Below the pieces are notes generated by a model. It was not told the origin of the DNA. It made no database searches and saw nothing but the letters and a program-made list of their open reading frames with translations. Made by a program: the position numbers and the translations under genes. DNA of 64,000 nucleotides. Origin: Eledone cirrhosa (lineage: Eukaryota). Where the stretch lies: assembly GCA_964016885.1 (NCBI GenBank), contig OZ024742.1, forward strand, positions 378,840,119 to 378,904,118. The letters are read 5' to 3'. The stretch's first letter is position 1. Every line of letters begins with the position of its first letter. Shown here one piece after another: positions 49,858 through 64,000 of this stretch.

Positions 49858-52800
49858 ATGTATCCCTCTCTTTTTATAGTGTATCCCTCTCTTTTTAAAG
49901 TGTATCCTTCTGATCTATAGTATATCCCTGTTTTTATAGTGTATCCTTCTCTTTTTTATAGTGTATCCTTCTGTTCTATAGTATATCCCTCTACTTTTAT
50001 AGTGTATCCTTCTCTTTTTATAGTGTATCCTTCTTTCTATAGTATATCCCTCTGTTTTTATAGTGTATCCTTCTCTTTTTATAGTGTATCCTTCTGTTCT
50101 ATACTGTATCCCCCTGTTGAAAAACTACATCCCTCTCTTTTTATAGTGTATCCTTCTGTTCTATAGTATATCCCTCTATTATTATAGTATATCCTTCTCT
50201 TTCTATAGTGTATCCTTCTCTTTTTATACTATATATCAATGTTGTTATACTGTATCTCTGTTGTTATTATATCCCACTGTTGTTATAGTGTATCCCTCTG
50301 TTGTTATAGTGTATCCTTCTGTTGTTATAGTGTTTCTCCTCTGTTGTTATAGTGTATCCCTCTGTTGTTATACTGTATCTCTCTGTTATTATACTGTATC
50401 CCTCTGTTGTTATACTGTATCCCTCTGTTGTTATAGTGTATCCCTCTGTTGTTATAGTGTATACCACTGTGGTTATAGTGTATCTCCTCTGTTGTTATAG
50501 TGTATTCCTCTGTTCTTATATTGTATCCCTCTGTTGTTATACTGTATCCCTCTGTTGTTATACTGTATCCCTCTGTTGTTATACTGTATCCCTCTGTTGT
50601 TATACTGTATCTCTCTGTTGTTATAGTGTACCCCTCTGTTGTTATACTGTATCCCTCTGTAGTTATACTGTATCTCTCTGTTGTTATAGTGTATCCCTCT
50701 GTTGTTATAATTTATCCCACTGTTGTTATAGTGTATCCCTCTGTTGTTCTACTCTATCCCTCTGTTGTTATACTGTATCCCTCTGTTGATATAGTATCCC
50801 TGTTGTTATACTGTATCTCTCTATTGTTATACTGTACTCACTCTGTTGTTATAGTATATCCCTCTGTTGTTATAGTGTATCCCCCTGTTGTTATAGTGTA
50901 TCCCCCTGTTGTTATAGTGTATCCCTCTGTTGTTATACTGTATCCCTCTGTTGTTATACTGTATCCCTCCGTTGTTATAGTGATTCCCTCTGTTGTTATA
51001 CGGTATCCCTCTGTTGTTATAGTGTATCCCTCTGTTGTTATAGTGCATCTCTCTGTTGTTATAGTATATCTCTCTGTTGTTATAGTGTATGCCTCTGTTG
51101 TTATAGTGTATCTCTCTGTTGTTATAGTATATCTCTCTGTTGTTATAGTGTATCTCTCTGTTGTTATAGTATATCTCTCTGTTGTTATAGTGTATCTCTC
51201 TGTTGTTATAGTGTATCTCTCTGTTGTTATACTGTATCTCTCTGTTGTTATACTGTATCCCCCAGTTGTTATATTGTATCCCTCTCTTGTTATAGTGTAT
51301 CCCTCTATTGTTATAGTGTATCCCTCTGTTGTTATAATGTATCCCTCTGTTGTTATAGTGTATCTCTCTGTTGTTATAGTGTATCCCTCTGGTGTTATAC
51401 TGTATCCCTCTGTTGTTATACTGTATCCCTCTGTTGTTATACTGTATCCCTCTGTTGTTATACTGTATCCCTCTGTTGTTATACTGTATCCCTCTGTTGC
51501 CATACTGTATCCCTCTGTTGTTATACTGTATCTCTCTGTTGTTATATGTATCCCTCTGTTGTTATAGTGTATCCCTCTGTTGTTATACTGTATCCCTCTG
51601 TTGTTATACTGAATCCCTCTGTTGTTATACTGTATCCCTCTGTTGTTATACTGTATCCCTTTGCTGTTATAGTCTATCCCTCTGTTGTTATAGTGTATCC
51701 CTCTGTTGTTATAGTGTATCCCTCTGTTGTTATAGTGTATCTCTCTGTTGTTATAGTGTATCCCTCTGTTGTTATAGTGTATCCCTCTGTTGTTATAGTG
51801 TATCCCTCTGTTGTTATAGTGTATTCCTCTGTTGTTATGGTGTATCTCTCTGTTGGTATACTGTATCCCCCTGTTGTTATATTGTATCCCTCTCTTGTTA
51901 TAGTGTATCCCTCTGTTGTTATAGTGTATCCCTCTGTTGTTATAATGTATCCCTCTGTTGTTATAGTGTATCCCTATGTTGTTATACCGTATTCCTCTGT
52001 TGTTATACTGTATCCCTCTGTTGTTATACTGTATCCCTCTGGTGTTATACTGTATCCCTCTGTTGTTATACTGTATCCCTCTGTTGTTATACTGTATTCC
52101 TTTGTTGTTATAATGTATCCCTCTGTTGTCATAATGTATACCTCTGTTGTTATACTGTATCACTCTATTGTTATAATGTATCCCTCTGTTGTTATACTGT
52201 ATCCCTCTGTTGTTATACTGTACTCACTCTGTTGTTATAGTGTATCCCTCCGTTGTTATAGTATATCTCTCTGTTGTTATAGTGTATCCCTCTGTTGTTA
52301 TAGTGTATCTCTCTGTTGTTATAGTGTAACCCTCTGTTGTTATACTGTATCCCTCTGTTGTTATAGTGTATCCCTCTGTTGTTATACGGTATCCCTCTGT
52401 TGTCATACTGTATCCCTCTGTTGTTATACTGTATCCCTCTGTCGTTATAGTGTATCCCTCTGTTGTTATACGGTATCCCTCTGTTGTTATAGTGTATCCC
52501 TGTGTTGTTATAGTGTATCCCTCTGTTGTTATAGTATATCTCTCTGTTTATTTAGTGTTGTTATACTATATCTCTCTGTTGTTATAGTCTATCCCTCTGT
52601 TCTTATAGTATCCCTTTGTTGTTATACTGTATCTCTGTTGTTATAGTGTATCCCTCTGTTGTTATAGTGTATCCCTCTGTTGTTATACTGTATCCCTCTG
52701 TTGTTATACTGTATCCCTCTGTTGTTATAGTGTATCTCTCCGTTGTTATAGTGTATCCCTCTGTTGTTATAGTGTATCCCTCTGTTGTTATACTGTATCC

Positions 52801-55800
52801 CTCTGTTGTTATACTGTATGCCTTTGTTGTTATAGTGTATCCCTCTTTTGTTATAGTGTATCCCTCGGTTGTTATACTGTATCCTTATGTTGTTATAGTG
52901 TATCCCTCTGTTGTTATGGAATCTCTCTCTTGTTATAGTGTATCCCTCTGTTGTTATAGTGTATCCTTCTGTTGTTATACTGTATACCTCTGGTGTTATA
53001 GTGTATCCCTCTGTTGTTATAGTGTATCCCTCTATTGTTATAGTGTATCCCTCTGTTGTTAGAGTGTATCCCTCTATTGTTATAGTGTATCCCTCTATTG
53101 TTATAGTGTATCCCTCTGTTGTTATAGTGTATCCCTCTGTTGTTATACTGTATCCCTCTGTTGTTATAGTGTATCTCCTTTGTTGTTATAGTGTATCCCT
53201 CTGTTGTTATAGTGTATCCCTCTGTTGTTATACTGTATCGCTCTGTTGTTATAGTGTATCCATCTGTTGTTATACTGTATCCCTCTGTTGTTATACTGTA
53301 TCCCTCTGTTGTTATAGTATATCTCTGTTATTATAGTGTATCCTTCTGTTGTTATACTCTATCGCCCTGTTGTTATAGTATATCTCTCTGTTGTTATAGT
53401 GTATCCCTCTGTTGTTATACTGTATCCCTCTGTTGTTATACTGTATCCCTCTGTTGTTATACTGTATCCCTTTGCTGTTATAGTGTATCCCTCTGTTGTT
53501 ATAGTGTATCCCTCTGTTGTTATACTGTATCCCTCTGTTGTTATACTGTATCCCTCTTTTGTTATAGTGTATCTCTCTGTTGTTATAGTGTATCCCTCTG
53601 TTGTTATACTGTATCTCTGTTGTTATACTGTATTCCTCTGTTGTTATAGTGTATCCTTCTGGTGTAATACTGTATCCGTCAGGTGTTATAGTGTATCCCT
53701 CTGTTGTTATACGGTTTCCCTCTGTTGTTATGCTGTATTCCTCTGTTGTTATAGAGTATCACTCTCTTGTTATACTGTATCCCACTGTTGTTATAGTGTA
53801 TCCCTCTGTTGTTATAGTGTATCCCTCTGTTGTTATACGGTATCCCTCTGTTGTTATAGTGTATCCCTCTGTTGTTATGGTGTATCTCTCTGTTGTTATA
53901 CTGTATCTCTCTGTTATTATACTGTATCCCCCTGTTGTTATATTGTATCCCTCTCTTGTTATAGTGTATCCCTCTGTTGTTATAGTGTATCCCTCTGTTG
54001 TTATTATGTATCCCTCTGTTGTTATAGTGTATCCCTCTGTTGTTATACCGTATTCCTCTGTTGTTATACTGTATCCCTCTGTTGTTATACTGTATACCTC
54101 TGTTGTTATACTGTATCCCTTTGTTGTTATACTGTATCCCTCTGTTGTCATAATGTATCCCTCTGTTGTTATACTGTATCCCTCTGTTGTTATACTGTAT
54201 CCCTCTGTTGTTATACTGTATCTCTCTGTTGTTATAGTGTATCCCTCTGTTGTTATAGTGTATCTCTCTGTTGTAATAGTGTATCCCTCTGTTGTTATAG
54301 TGTATCTCCCTGTTTTTATAGTGTATCCCTCTGTTATTATACTGTATGCCTCTGTTGTTATAGTGTATCCCTCTGTTGCTATAGTGTATCCCTCTGTTGT
54401 TATACTGTATCCCTCTGTTGTTATACTGTATCCCTCTGTCGTTATAGTGTATCCCTCTGTTGTTATACGGTATCCCTCTGTTGTTATAATGTATCCCTCT
54501 GTTGTTATAGTGTATCCCTCTGTTGTTATAGTATATCTCTCTGTTGTTATAGTCTATCCCTCTGTTCTTATAGTATCCCTCTGTTGTTATACTGTATCTC
54601 TGTTGTTATAGTGTATCCCTCTGTTGTAATAGTGTATCCCTCTGTTGTTATAGTGTATCCCTCTTTTGTTATACTGTATCCCTGTGTTGTTATAATGTAT
54701 CCCTCTGTTGTTATACTGTATCCCTCTGTTGTTATAGTGTATCCCTCTGTTGTTTTAGTGTATCCCTCTGTTGTTATATTGTATCCCTCTGTTGTTATAC
54801 TGTATCCCTCTGTTGTTATACTGTATCCCTCTGTTGTTATAGTGTATCCCTCTTTTGTTATAGTGTATCCCTCGGTTGTTATACTGTATCCTTATGTTGT
54901 TATAGTGTATCCCTCTGTTGTTATGGAATCTCTCTCTTGTTATAGTGTATCCCTCTGTTGTTATAGTGTATCCTTCTGTTGTTATACTGTATACCTCTGG
55001 TGTTATAGTGTATCCCTCTGTTGTTATAGTGTATCCCTCTGTTGTTATAGTGTATCCCTCTGTTTTTATAGTGTATCCCTCTATTGTTATAGTGTATCCC
55101 TCTGTTGTTAGAGTGTATCGCTCTATTGTTATAGTGTATCCCTCTGTTGTTATATTGTTTCCCTCTGTTGTTATAGTGTATCCCTCTGTTGTTATAGTGT
55201 ATCCATCTGTTGTTATACTGTATCCCTCTGTTGTTATACTGTATCCCACTGTTGTTATAGTGTATCCCTCTGTTGCTATAGTGTATCCCTCTGTTGTTAT
55301 ACTGTATCCCTCTGTTGTTATACTGTATCCCTCTGTTGTTAATAGTATATCTCTGTTATTATAGAGTATCCTTCTGTTGTTATACTGTATCCCTCTGTTG
55401 TTATTGTATATCTCTCTGTTGTTATAGTGTATCCCTCTGTTGTTATACTGTATCCCTCTGTTGTTATAGTGTATCTCTCTGTTGTTATAGTGTATCCCTC
55501 TGTTGTTATACTGTATCTCTGTTGTTATACTGTATCCCTCTGTTGATATAGTGTATCCCTTTGTTGTTATAGTGTATCCCTCTGTTGTTATGCTGTATCC
55601 CTCTGTTGATATAGTGTATCCCTCTGTTGTTATAGTGTATCCCTCTGTTGTTATAGAATCTCTCTGTTGTTATATTGTATCCCTCTGTTGTTATAGTGTA
55701 TCCTTCTGTTGTTATACTGTATCCCTCTGTCGTTATAGTATATCCCTCTGTTGTTATACGGTATCCCTCTGTTGTTATAGTGGATCCCTCTGTTGTTATA

Positions 55801-58800
55801 GTGTATCCCTCTGTTGTTATACGCTATCCCTCTGTTGTTATAGTGTATCCCTCTGTTGTTATAGTGTATCTCTCTGTTGTTATAGTATATCTCTCTGTTG
55901 TTATACTGTATCCCCCTGTTGTTATATTGTATCCCTCTCTTGTTATAGTGTATCCCTCTGTTGTTATTGTGTATCCCTCTGTTGTTATAATGTATCCCTC
56001 TGTTGTTATAGTGTATCCCTCTGTTGTTATACCGTATCCCTCTGTTGTTATACTGTATCCCTCTGTTGTTATACTGTATCCCTCTGGTGTTATACTGTAT
56101 CCCTCTGTTGTTATACTGTATCCCTCTGTTGTTATACTGTATCCCTTTGTTGTTATACTGTATCCCTCTGTTGTCATAATGTATCCCTCTGTTGTTATAC
56201 TGTATCCCTCTGTTGTTATACTGTATCCCTCTGTTGTTATACTGTATCTCTCTGTTGTTATAGTGTATCCCTCTGTTGTTATAGTGTATCTCTCTGTTGT
56301 TATAGTGTATCCCTCTGTTGTTATAGTGTATCTCTCTGTTGTTATAGTGTATCCCTCTGTTGTTATACTGTATCCCTCTGTTGTTATAGTGTATCCCTCT
56401 GTTGCTATAGTGTATCCCTCTGTTGTTATACTGTATCCCTCTGTTGTTATTCTGTATCCCTCTGTCGTTATAGTGTATCCCTCTGTTGTCATACGGTATC
56501 CCTCTGTTGTTATAGTGTATCCCTCTGTTGTTATAGTGTATCCCTCTGTTGTTATAGTATATCTCTCTGTTGTTATAGTGTATCCCTCTGTTGTTATACT
56601 GTATCCCTCTGTTGTTATACCGTATCCCTCTGTTGTTATAGTGTATCCCTCTTTTGTTATAGTGTATCCCTCGGTTGTTATACTGTATCCTTATGTTGTT
56701 ATAGTGTATCCCTCTGTTGTTATGGAATCTCTCTCTTGTTATAGTGTATCCCTCTGTTGTTATAGTGTATCCTTCTGTTGTTATACTGTATACCTCTGGT
56801 GTTATAGTGTATCCCTCTTTTGTTATAGTGTATCCCTCTATTGTCATAGTGTATCCCTCTGTTGTTATAGTGTATCCCTCTGTTGTTATACTGTATCCCT
56901 CTGTTGTTATACTGTATCTCTCTGTTGTTATAGTGTATCCCTCTGTTGTTATAGTGTATCTCCTCTGTTCTTATAGTGTATCCCTCTGTTGTTATATTGT
57001 TTCCCTCTGTTGTTATAGTGTATCCCTCTGTTGTTATACTGTATCGCTCTGTTATTATAGTGTATCCATCTGTTGTTATACTGTATCCCTCTGTTGTTAT
57101 ACTGTATCCCTCTGTTGTTATAGTATATCTCTCTTATTATAGTGTATCCTTCTGTTGTTATACTGTATCCCTCTGTTGTTATAGTATATCTCTCTGTTGT
57201 TATAGTGTATCCCTCTGTTGTTATACTGTATCCCTCTGTTGTTATAGTGTATCCCTCTATTGTTATAGTGTATCCCTCTGTTGTTAGAGTGCATCCCTCT
57301 GTTGTTATAGTGTATCCCTCTGTTGTTATAGTGTATCCCTCTGTTGTTATACTGTATCCCACTGTTGTTATACTGTATCTCTCTGTTGTTATAGTGTATC
57401 CCTCTGTTGTTATAGTGTATCTCCTCTGTTGTTATAGTGTATCCCTCTGTTGTTATATTGTTTCCCTCTGTTGTTATAGTGTATCCCTCTGTTGTTATAC
57501 TGTATCCCTCTGTTGTTATACTGTATCCCTCTGTTGTTATACTGTATCCCTCTGTTGTTATAGTGTATCCCTCTGTTGTTATACTGTATCTCTGTTGTTA
57601 TAGTATATCTCTCTGTTGTTATAATGTATCCCTCTGTTGATATAGTGTATCCCTTTGTTGTTATAGTGTATCCCTCTGTTGTTATGCTGTATCCCTCTGT
57701 TGATATAGTGTATCCCTCTGTTGTTATAGTGTATCCCTCTGTTGTTATAGAATCTCTCTGTTGTTATATTGTATCCCTCTGTTGTTATAGTGTATCCTTC
57801 TGTTGTTATACTGTATCCGTCTGGTGTTATAGTGTATCCCTCTGTTGTTATACGGTATCCCTCTGTTGTTATGCTGTATTCCTCTGTTGTTATAGAGTAT
57901 CACTCTGTTGTTTTACTGTATCCCTCTGTCGTTATAGTGTATCCCTCTGTTGTTATAGTGTATCCCTCTGTTGTTATACCGTATCCCTCTGTTGTTATAC
58001 TGTATCCCTCTGTTGTTATACTGTATCCCTCTGGTGTTATACTGTATCCCTCTGCTGTTATACTGTATCCCTCTGTTGTTATACTGTATCCCTTTGTTGT
58101 TATACTGTATCCCTCTGTTGTCATAATGTATCCCTCTGTTGTTATACTGTATCCCTCTGTTGTTATACTGTATCCCTCTGTTGTTATACTGTATCTCTCT
58201 GTTGTTATAGTGTATCCCTCTGTTGTTATAGTGTATCTCTCTGTTGTTATAGTGTATCCCTCTGTTGTTATAGTGTATCTCTCTGTTGTTATAGTGTATC
58301 CCTCTGTTGTTATACTGTATCCCTCTGTTGTTATAGTGTATCCCTCTGTTGCTATAGTGTATCCCTCTGTTGTTATACTGTATCCCTCTGTTGTTATACT
58401 GTATCCCTCTGTCGTTATAGTGTATCCCTCTGTTTTTATACGGTATCCCTCTGTTGTTATAGTGTATCCCTCTGTTGTTATAGTGTATCCCTCTGTTGTT
58501 ATAGTATATCTCTGTATTTTTTTAGTTTTGTTATAGTATATCTCTCTGTTGTTATAGTGTATCCCTCTGTTGTTATACTGTATCCCTCTGTTGTTATACC
58601 GTATCCCTCTGTTGTTATAGTGTATCCCTCTTTTGTTATAGTGTATCCCTCGGTTGTTATACTGTATCCTTATGTTGTTATAGTGTATCCCTCTGTTGTT
58701 ATGGAATCTCTCTCTTGTTATAGTGTATCCCTCTGTTGTTATAGTGTATCCTTCTGTTGTTATACTGTATACCTCTGGTGTTATAGTGTATCCCTCTTTT

Positions 58801-61800
58801 GTTATAGTGTATCCCTCTATTGTTATAGTGTATCCCTCTGTTGTTATAGTGTATCCCTCTTTTGTTATACTGTATCCCTCTGTTGTTATACTGTATCTCT
58901 CTGTTGTTATAGTGTATCCCTCTGTTGTTATAGTGTATCTCCTCTGTTGTTATAGTGTATCCCTCTGTTGTTATATTGTTTCCCTCTGTTGTTATAGTGT
59001 ATCCCTCTGTTGTTATACTGTATCGCTCTGTTATTATAGTGTATCCATCTGTTGTTATACTGTATCCCTCTGTTGTTATACTGTATCCCTCTGTTGTTAT
59101 AGTATATCTCTCTTATTATAGTGTATCCTTCTGTTGTTATACTGTATCCCTCTGTTGTTATAGTATATCTCTCTGTTGTTATAGTGTATCCCTCTGTTGT
59201 TATACTGTATCCCTCTGTTGTTATAGTGTATCCCTCTATTGTTATAGTGTATCCCTCTGTTGTTAGTGTGCATCCCTCTGTTGTTATAGTGTATCCCTCT
59301 GTTGTTATAGTGTATCCCTCTGTTGTTATACTGTATCCCTCTGTTGTTATACTGAATCTCTCTGTTGTTATAGTGTATCCCTCTGTTGTTATAGTGTATC
59401 TCCTCTGTTGTTATAGTGTATCCCTCTGTTGTTATATTGTTTCCCTCTGTTGTTATAGTGTATCCCTCTGTTGTTATACTGTATCCCTCTGTTGTTATAC
59501 TGTATCCCTCTGTTGTTATACTGTATCCCTCTGTTGTTATAGTGTATCCCTCTGTTGTTATACTGTATCTCTGTTGTTATAGTATATCTCTCTGTTGTTA
59601 TAATGTATCCCTCTGTTGATATAGTGTATCCCTTTGTTGTTATAGTGTATCCCTCTGTTGTTATGCTGTATCCCTCTGTTGATATAGTGTATCCCTCTGT
59701 TGTTATAGTGTATCCCTCTGTTGTTATAGAATCTCTCTGTTGTTATATTGTATCCCTCTGTTGTTATAGTCTATCCTTCTGTTGTTATACTGTATCCGTC
59801 TGGTGTTATAGTGTATCCCTCTGTTGTTATACGGTATCCCTCTGTTGTTATGCTGTATTCCTCTGTTGTTATAGAGTATCACTCTGTTGTTATACTGTAT
59901 CCCTCTGTCGTTATAGTGTATACCTCTGTTGTTATACGTTATCCCTCTGTTGTTATAGTGCATCCCTCTGTTGTTATAGTGTATCCCTCTGTTGTTATAC
60001 GGTATCCCTCTGTTGTTATAGTGTATCTCTCTGTTGTTATAGTATATCTCTCTGTTGTTATACTGTATCTCTCTGTTGTTATATTGTATCCCTCTCTTGT
60101 TATAGTGTATCCCTCTGTTGTTATAGTGTATCCTTCTGTTGTTATATTGTATCCCTCTCTTGTTATAGTGTATCCCTCTGTTGCTATACTGTATCCCCCT
60201 GTTGTTATATTGTATCCCTCTCTTGTTATAGTGTATCCCTCTGTTGTTATACTGTATCCCTCTGTTGTTATACTGTATCCCTCTCTTGTTATACTGTATC
60301 CCCCTGTTGTTATATTGTATCCCTCTCTTGTTATAGTGTATCCCTCTGTTGTTATAATGTATCCCTCTGTTGTTATACTGTATCCCTCTGTTGTTATACT
60401 GTATCCCTCTGGTGTTATACTGTATCCCTCTGCTGTTATACTGTATCCCTCTGTTGTTATACTGTATCCCTCTGTTGTTATACTGTATCCCTCTGTTGTT
60501 ATACTGTATCTCTCTGTTGTTATAGTGTATCTCCTCTGTTGTTATAGTGTATCCCTCTGTTGTTATAGTGTATCTCTCTGTTGTTATACTGTATCCCTAT
60601 GTTGTTATACTGTATCCCTCTGTTGTTATACTGTATCCCTCTGTTGTTATACTGTATCCCTCTGTTGTTATACTGTATCCCTCTGTTGTTATAGTGTATC
60701 TCTCTGTTGCTATAGTGTATCCCTCTGTTGTTATAGTGTATCTCTCTGTTGTTATAGTGTATCCCTCTGTTGTTATACTGTATCTCTCTGTTGTTATAGT
60801 GTATCCCTCTGTTGTTATACTGTATCCCTCTATTGTTATAGTGTATCCCTCTGTTGCTATAGTGTATCCCTCTGTTGTTATAGTGTATCTCTTTGTTGTT
60901 ATAGTGTATCTCTCTGTTGTTATAGTGTATCCCTCTGTTGTTATAGTGTATCCCTCTGTTGTTATACTGTATCCCTCTATTGTTATAGTGTATCTCTCTG
61001 TTGTTATAGTGTATCCCTCTGTTGTTATAGTGTATCTCTCTGTTGTTATAGTGTATCCCTCTGTTGTTATACTGTATCCCTCTGTTGTTATAGTGTATCC
61101 CTCTGTTGCTATAGTGTATCCCTCTGTTGTTATACTGTATCCCTCTGTTGTTATACTGTATCCCTCTGTCGTTATAGTGTATCCCTCTGTTGTTATACGG
61201 TATCCCTCTGTTGTTATAGTGTATCCCTCTGTTGTTATCGTGTATCCCTCTGTTGTTGTAGTATATCTCTCTGTTTTTTTAGTGGTGTTATAGTATATCT
61301 CTCTGTTGTTATAGTGTATCCCTCTGTTGTTATACTGTATCCCTCTGTTGTTATACTGTATCCCTCTGTTGTTATAGTGTATCACTCTTTTGTTATAGTG
61401 TATCCCTCGGTTGTTATACTGTGTCCTTATGTTGTTATAGTGTATCCCTCTGTTGTTATGGAATCTCTCTCTTGTTATAGTGTATCCCTCTGTTGTTATA
61501 GTGTATCCTTCTGTTGTTATACTGTATACCTCTGGTGTTATAGTGTATCCCTCTGTTGTTATAGTGTATCCCTCTATTATTATAGTGTATCCCTCTGTTG
61601 TTAGAGTGTATCCCTCTGTTGTTATAGTGTATCCCTCTGTTGTTATAGTGTATCCCTCTGTTGTTATACTGTATCCCTCTGTTGTTATACTGTATCTCTC
61701 TGTTGTTATAGCGTATCCCTCTGTTGTTATAGTGTATCTCCTCTGTTGTTATAGTGTAACCCTCTGTTGTTATATTGTTTCCCTCTGTTGTTATACTGTA

Positions 61801-64000
61801 TCCCTCTGTTGTTATAGTATATCTCTCTGTTGTTATAGTGTATCCCTCTGTTGTTATACTGTATCCCTCTGTTGTTATACTCTATCCCTTTGCTGTTATA
61901 GTGTATCCCTCTGTTGTTATAGTGTATCCCTCTGTTGTTATAGTGTATCCCTCTATTGTTATAGTGTATCCCTCTGTTGTTAGAGTGTATCCCTCTGTTG
62001 TTATAGTGTATCCCTCTGTTGTTATAGTGTATCTCTCTGTTGTTATAGTGTATCCCTCTGTTGCTATACTGTATCTCTGTTGTTATAGTATATCTCTCTG
62101 TTGTTATAATGTATCCCTCTGTTGATATAGTGTATCCCTTTGTTGTTATAGTGTATCCCTCTGTTGTTATGCTGTATCCCTCTGTTGTTATAGTGTATCC
62201 CTCTGTTGTTATAGTGTATCCCTCTGTTGTTATAGAATCTCTCTGTTGTTATATTGTATCCCTCTGTTGTTATAGTGTATCCTTCTGTTGTTATACTGTA
62301 TCCGTCTGGTGTTATAGTGTATCCCTCTGTTGTTATACGGTATCCCTCTGTTGTTATGCTGTATTCCTCTGTTGTTATAGAGTATCACTCTGTTGTTATA
62401 CTGTATCCCTCTGTTGTTATACTGTATCCCTCTGTTGTTATAGTGTATCCCTCTGTTGTTTTAGTGTATCACTCTGTTGTTATACAGTATCCCTCTATTG
62501 TTATACTGTATCTCTCTGTTGTTATAATGTATTCCTCTGTCGTTACAGTGTATCCCTCTGTTGTTATACTGTATCCCTCTGTTGTTATAGTGTATCCCTC
62601 TGTTGTTATAGTGTATCCCTCTGTTGTTATGCTGTATCCCTCTGTTGTTATACTGTATCCCTCTGTTGTTATACTGTATCCCTCTGTTGTTATAGTGTAT
62701 CCCTCTGTTGTTATACTGCATCCCTCTGTTGTTATACTGTATCTCTCTGTTGTTATAGTGTATCCCTCTGTTGTTATACTGTATCCCTCTGTAGTTATAC
62801 TGTATCTCTCTGTTGTTATACTCTATCCCTCTGTTGTTATAGTGTATCCCCCTGTTGTTATAGTGTATCCCTCTGTTGTTATACTGTATCCCTCTCTTGT
62901 TATAGTGTATCCCTCTGTTGTTATACGGTATCCCTCTGTTGTTATAGTGTATCCCTCTGTTGTTATAGTGTATCTCTCTGTTGTTATAGTATATCTCTCT
63001 GTTCTTATACTGTATCCCTCTGTTGTTATATTGTATCCCTCTGTTATTATAGTGTATCCCTCTGTTGTTATAGTGTATCCCTCTGTTGTTATAGTATCTC
63101 TCTGTTGTTATAGTGTATCCCTCTGTTGTTATAGTGTATCCTTCTGTTGCTATACTGTATCCCTCTGTTGTTATGCTGTATTCCTCTGTTGTTATACTGT
63201 ATCCCTCTGTTGTTATAGTGTATCCCTCTGTTGTTATACTGTATCCCTCTGTTGTTATACTGTATCCCTCTGTTGTTATAGTGTATCCCTCTGTTGTTAT
63301 ACTGTATCCCTCTGTTGTTATACTGTATCCCTCTGTTGTTATATTGTTTCCCTCTGTTGTTATACTGTATCCCTCTGTTGTCATAATGTATCCCTCTGTT
63401 GTTATACTGTATCCCTGTGTTGTTATAATGTATCCCTCTGTTGTTATTGTGTATCTCTCTGTTGTTATAGTGTATCCCTCTGTTGTTATAGTGTATCTCT
63501 CTGTTGTTATAGTGTAACCCTCTGTTGTTACAGTGTATCTCTCTGTTGTTATAGTGTATCCCTCTGTTGTTATACTGTATCCCTCTGTTGTTATACTGTA
63601 TCTCTCTGTTGTTATAGTGTATCCCTCTGTTGTTATTGTGTATCTCTCTGTTGTTATAATGTATCCCTCTGTTGTTATAGTGTATCTCTCTGTTGTTTTA
63701 GTGTATCACTCTGTTGTTATACAGTATCCCTCTATTGTTATACTGTATCCCTCTGTTGTTATAATGTATTCCTCTGTTGTTACAGTGTATCCCTCTGTTG
63801 TTATAGTGTATCCCTCTGTTGTTATAGTGTATCCCTCTGTTGTTATACTGTATCCCTCTGTTGTTATACTGTATCCATCTGTTGTTATACTGTATCCCTC
63901 TGTTGTTATAGTGTATCCCTCTGTTGTTATACTGTAACCCTCTGTTGTTATACTGTATCCCTCTGTTGTTATACTGTATCCCTCTGTTGTTATACTGTAT
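49858..64000. repeat. 21-bp tandem satellite (TATCCCTCTGTTGTTATA[G/C]TG)n with higher-order blocks
   Basis: Period 21 to the window end. The landmark variant ATGGAATCTCTCTCTTG recurs near 52916, 54923, 56722, 58701 and 61458. Confidence 0.98.

Noticed and set aside
49939-63937. YPSVVI / ITTEGY repeat ORFs
   Set aside because: Translations of the 21-bp satellite, with frequent frameshifts.

Overview
Repeat-dense, apparently gene-free animal genomic DNA. An octopod cephalopod is inferred from a tRNA-headed SINE with a Meta/Nin-type core and abundant TA/CA microsatellites. Two satellite blocks flank the window: a 72-bp GT-rich array at 1-13.95 kb and a 21-bp array at 49.9-64 kb, both with kb-scale higher-order duplications. 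The long ORFs in these blocks are translation artefacts. The middle (14.6-48 kb) is a transposon graveyard: a 5'-truncated RTE LINE with three C-terminal C2H2 fingers, an L1/Tx1-type 3' end, about 12 SINE copies, non-autonomous Helitrons, a mariner-type end, and several Penelope-like (GIY-YIG) remnants. The ORF track misses the strongest signal: about 7 recognisable and several degenerate or truncated type-I hammerhead ribozyme motifs from different sequence families. Many sit inside, or at the turn of, fold-back inverted repeats, or between direct repeats in a retrozyme-like arrangement. There is also an 11-copy minisatellite amplified from RTE coding sequence. All calls were made by eye; no searches or folding programs were run.
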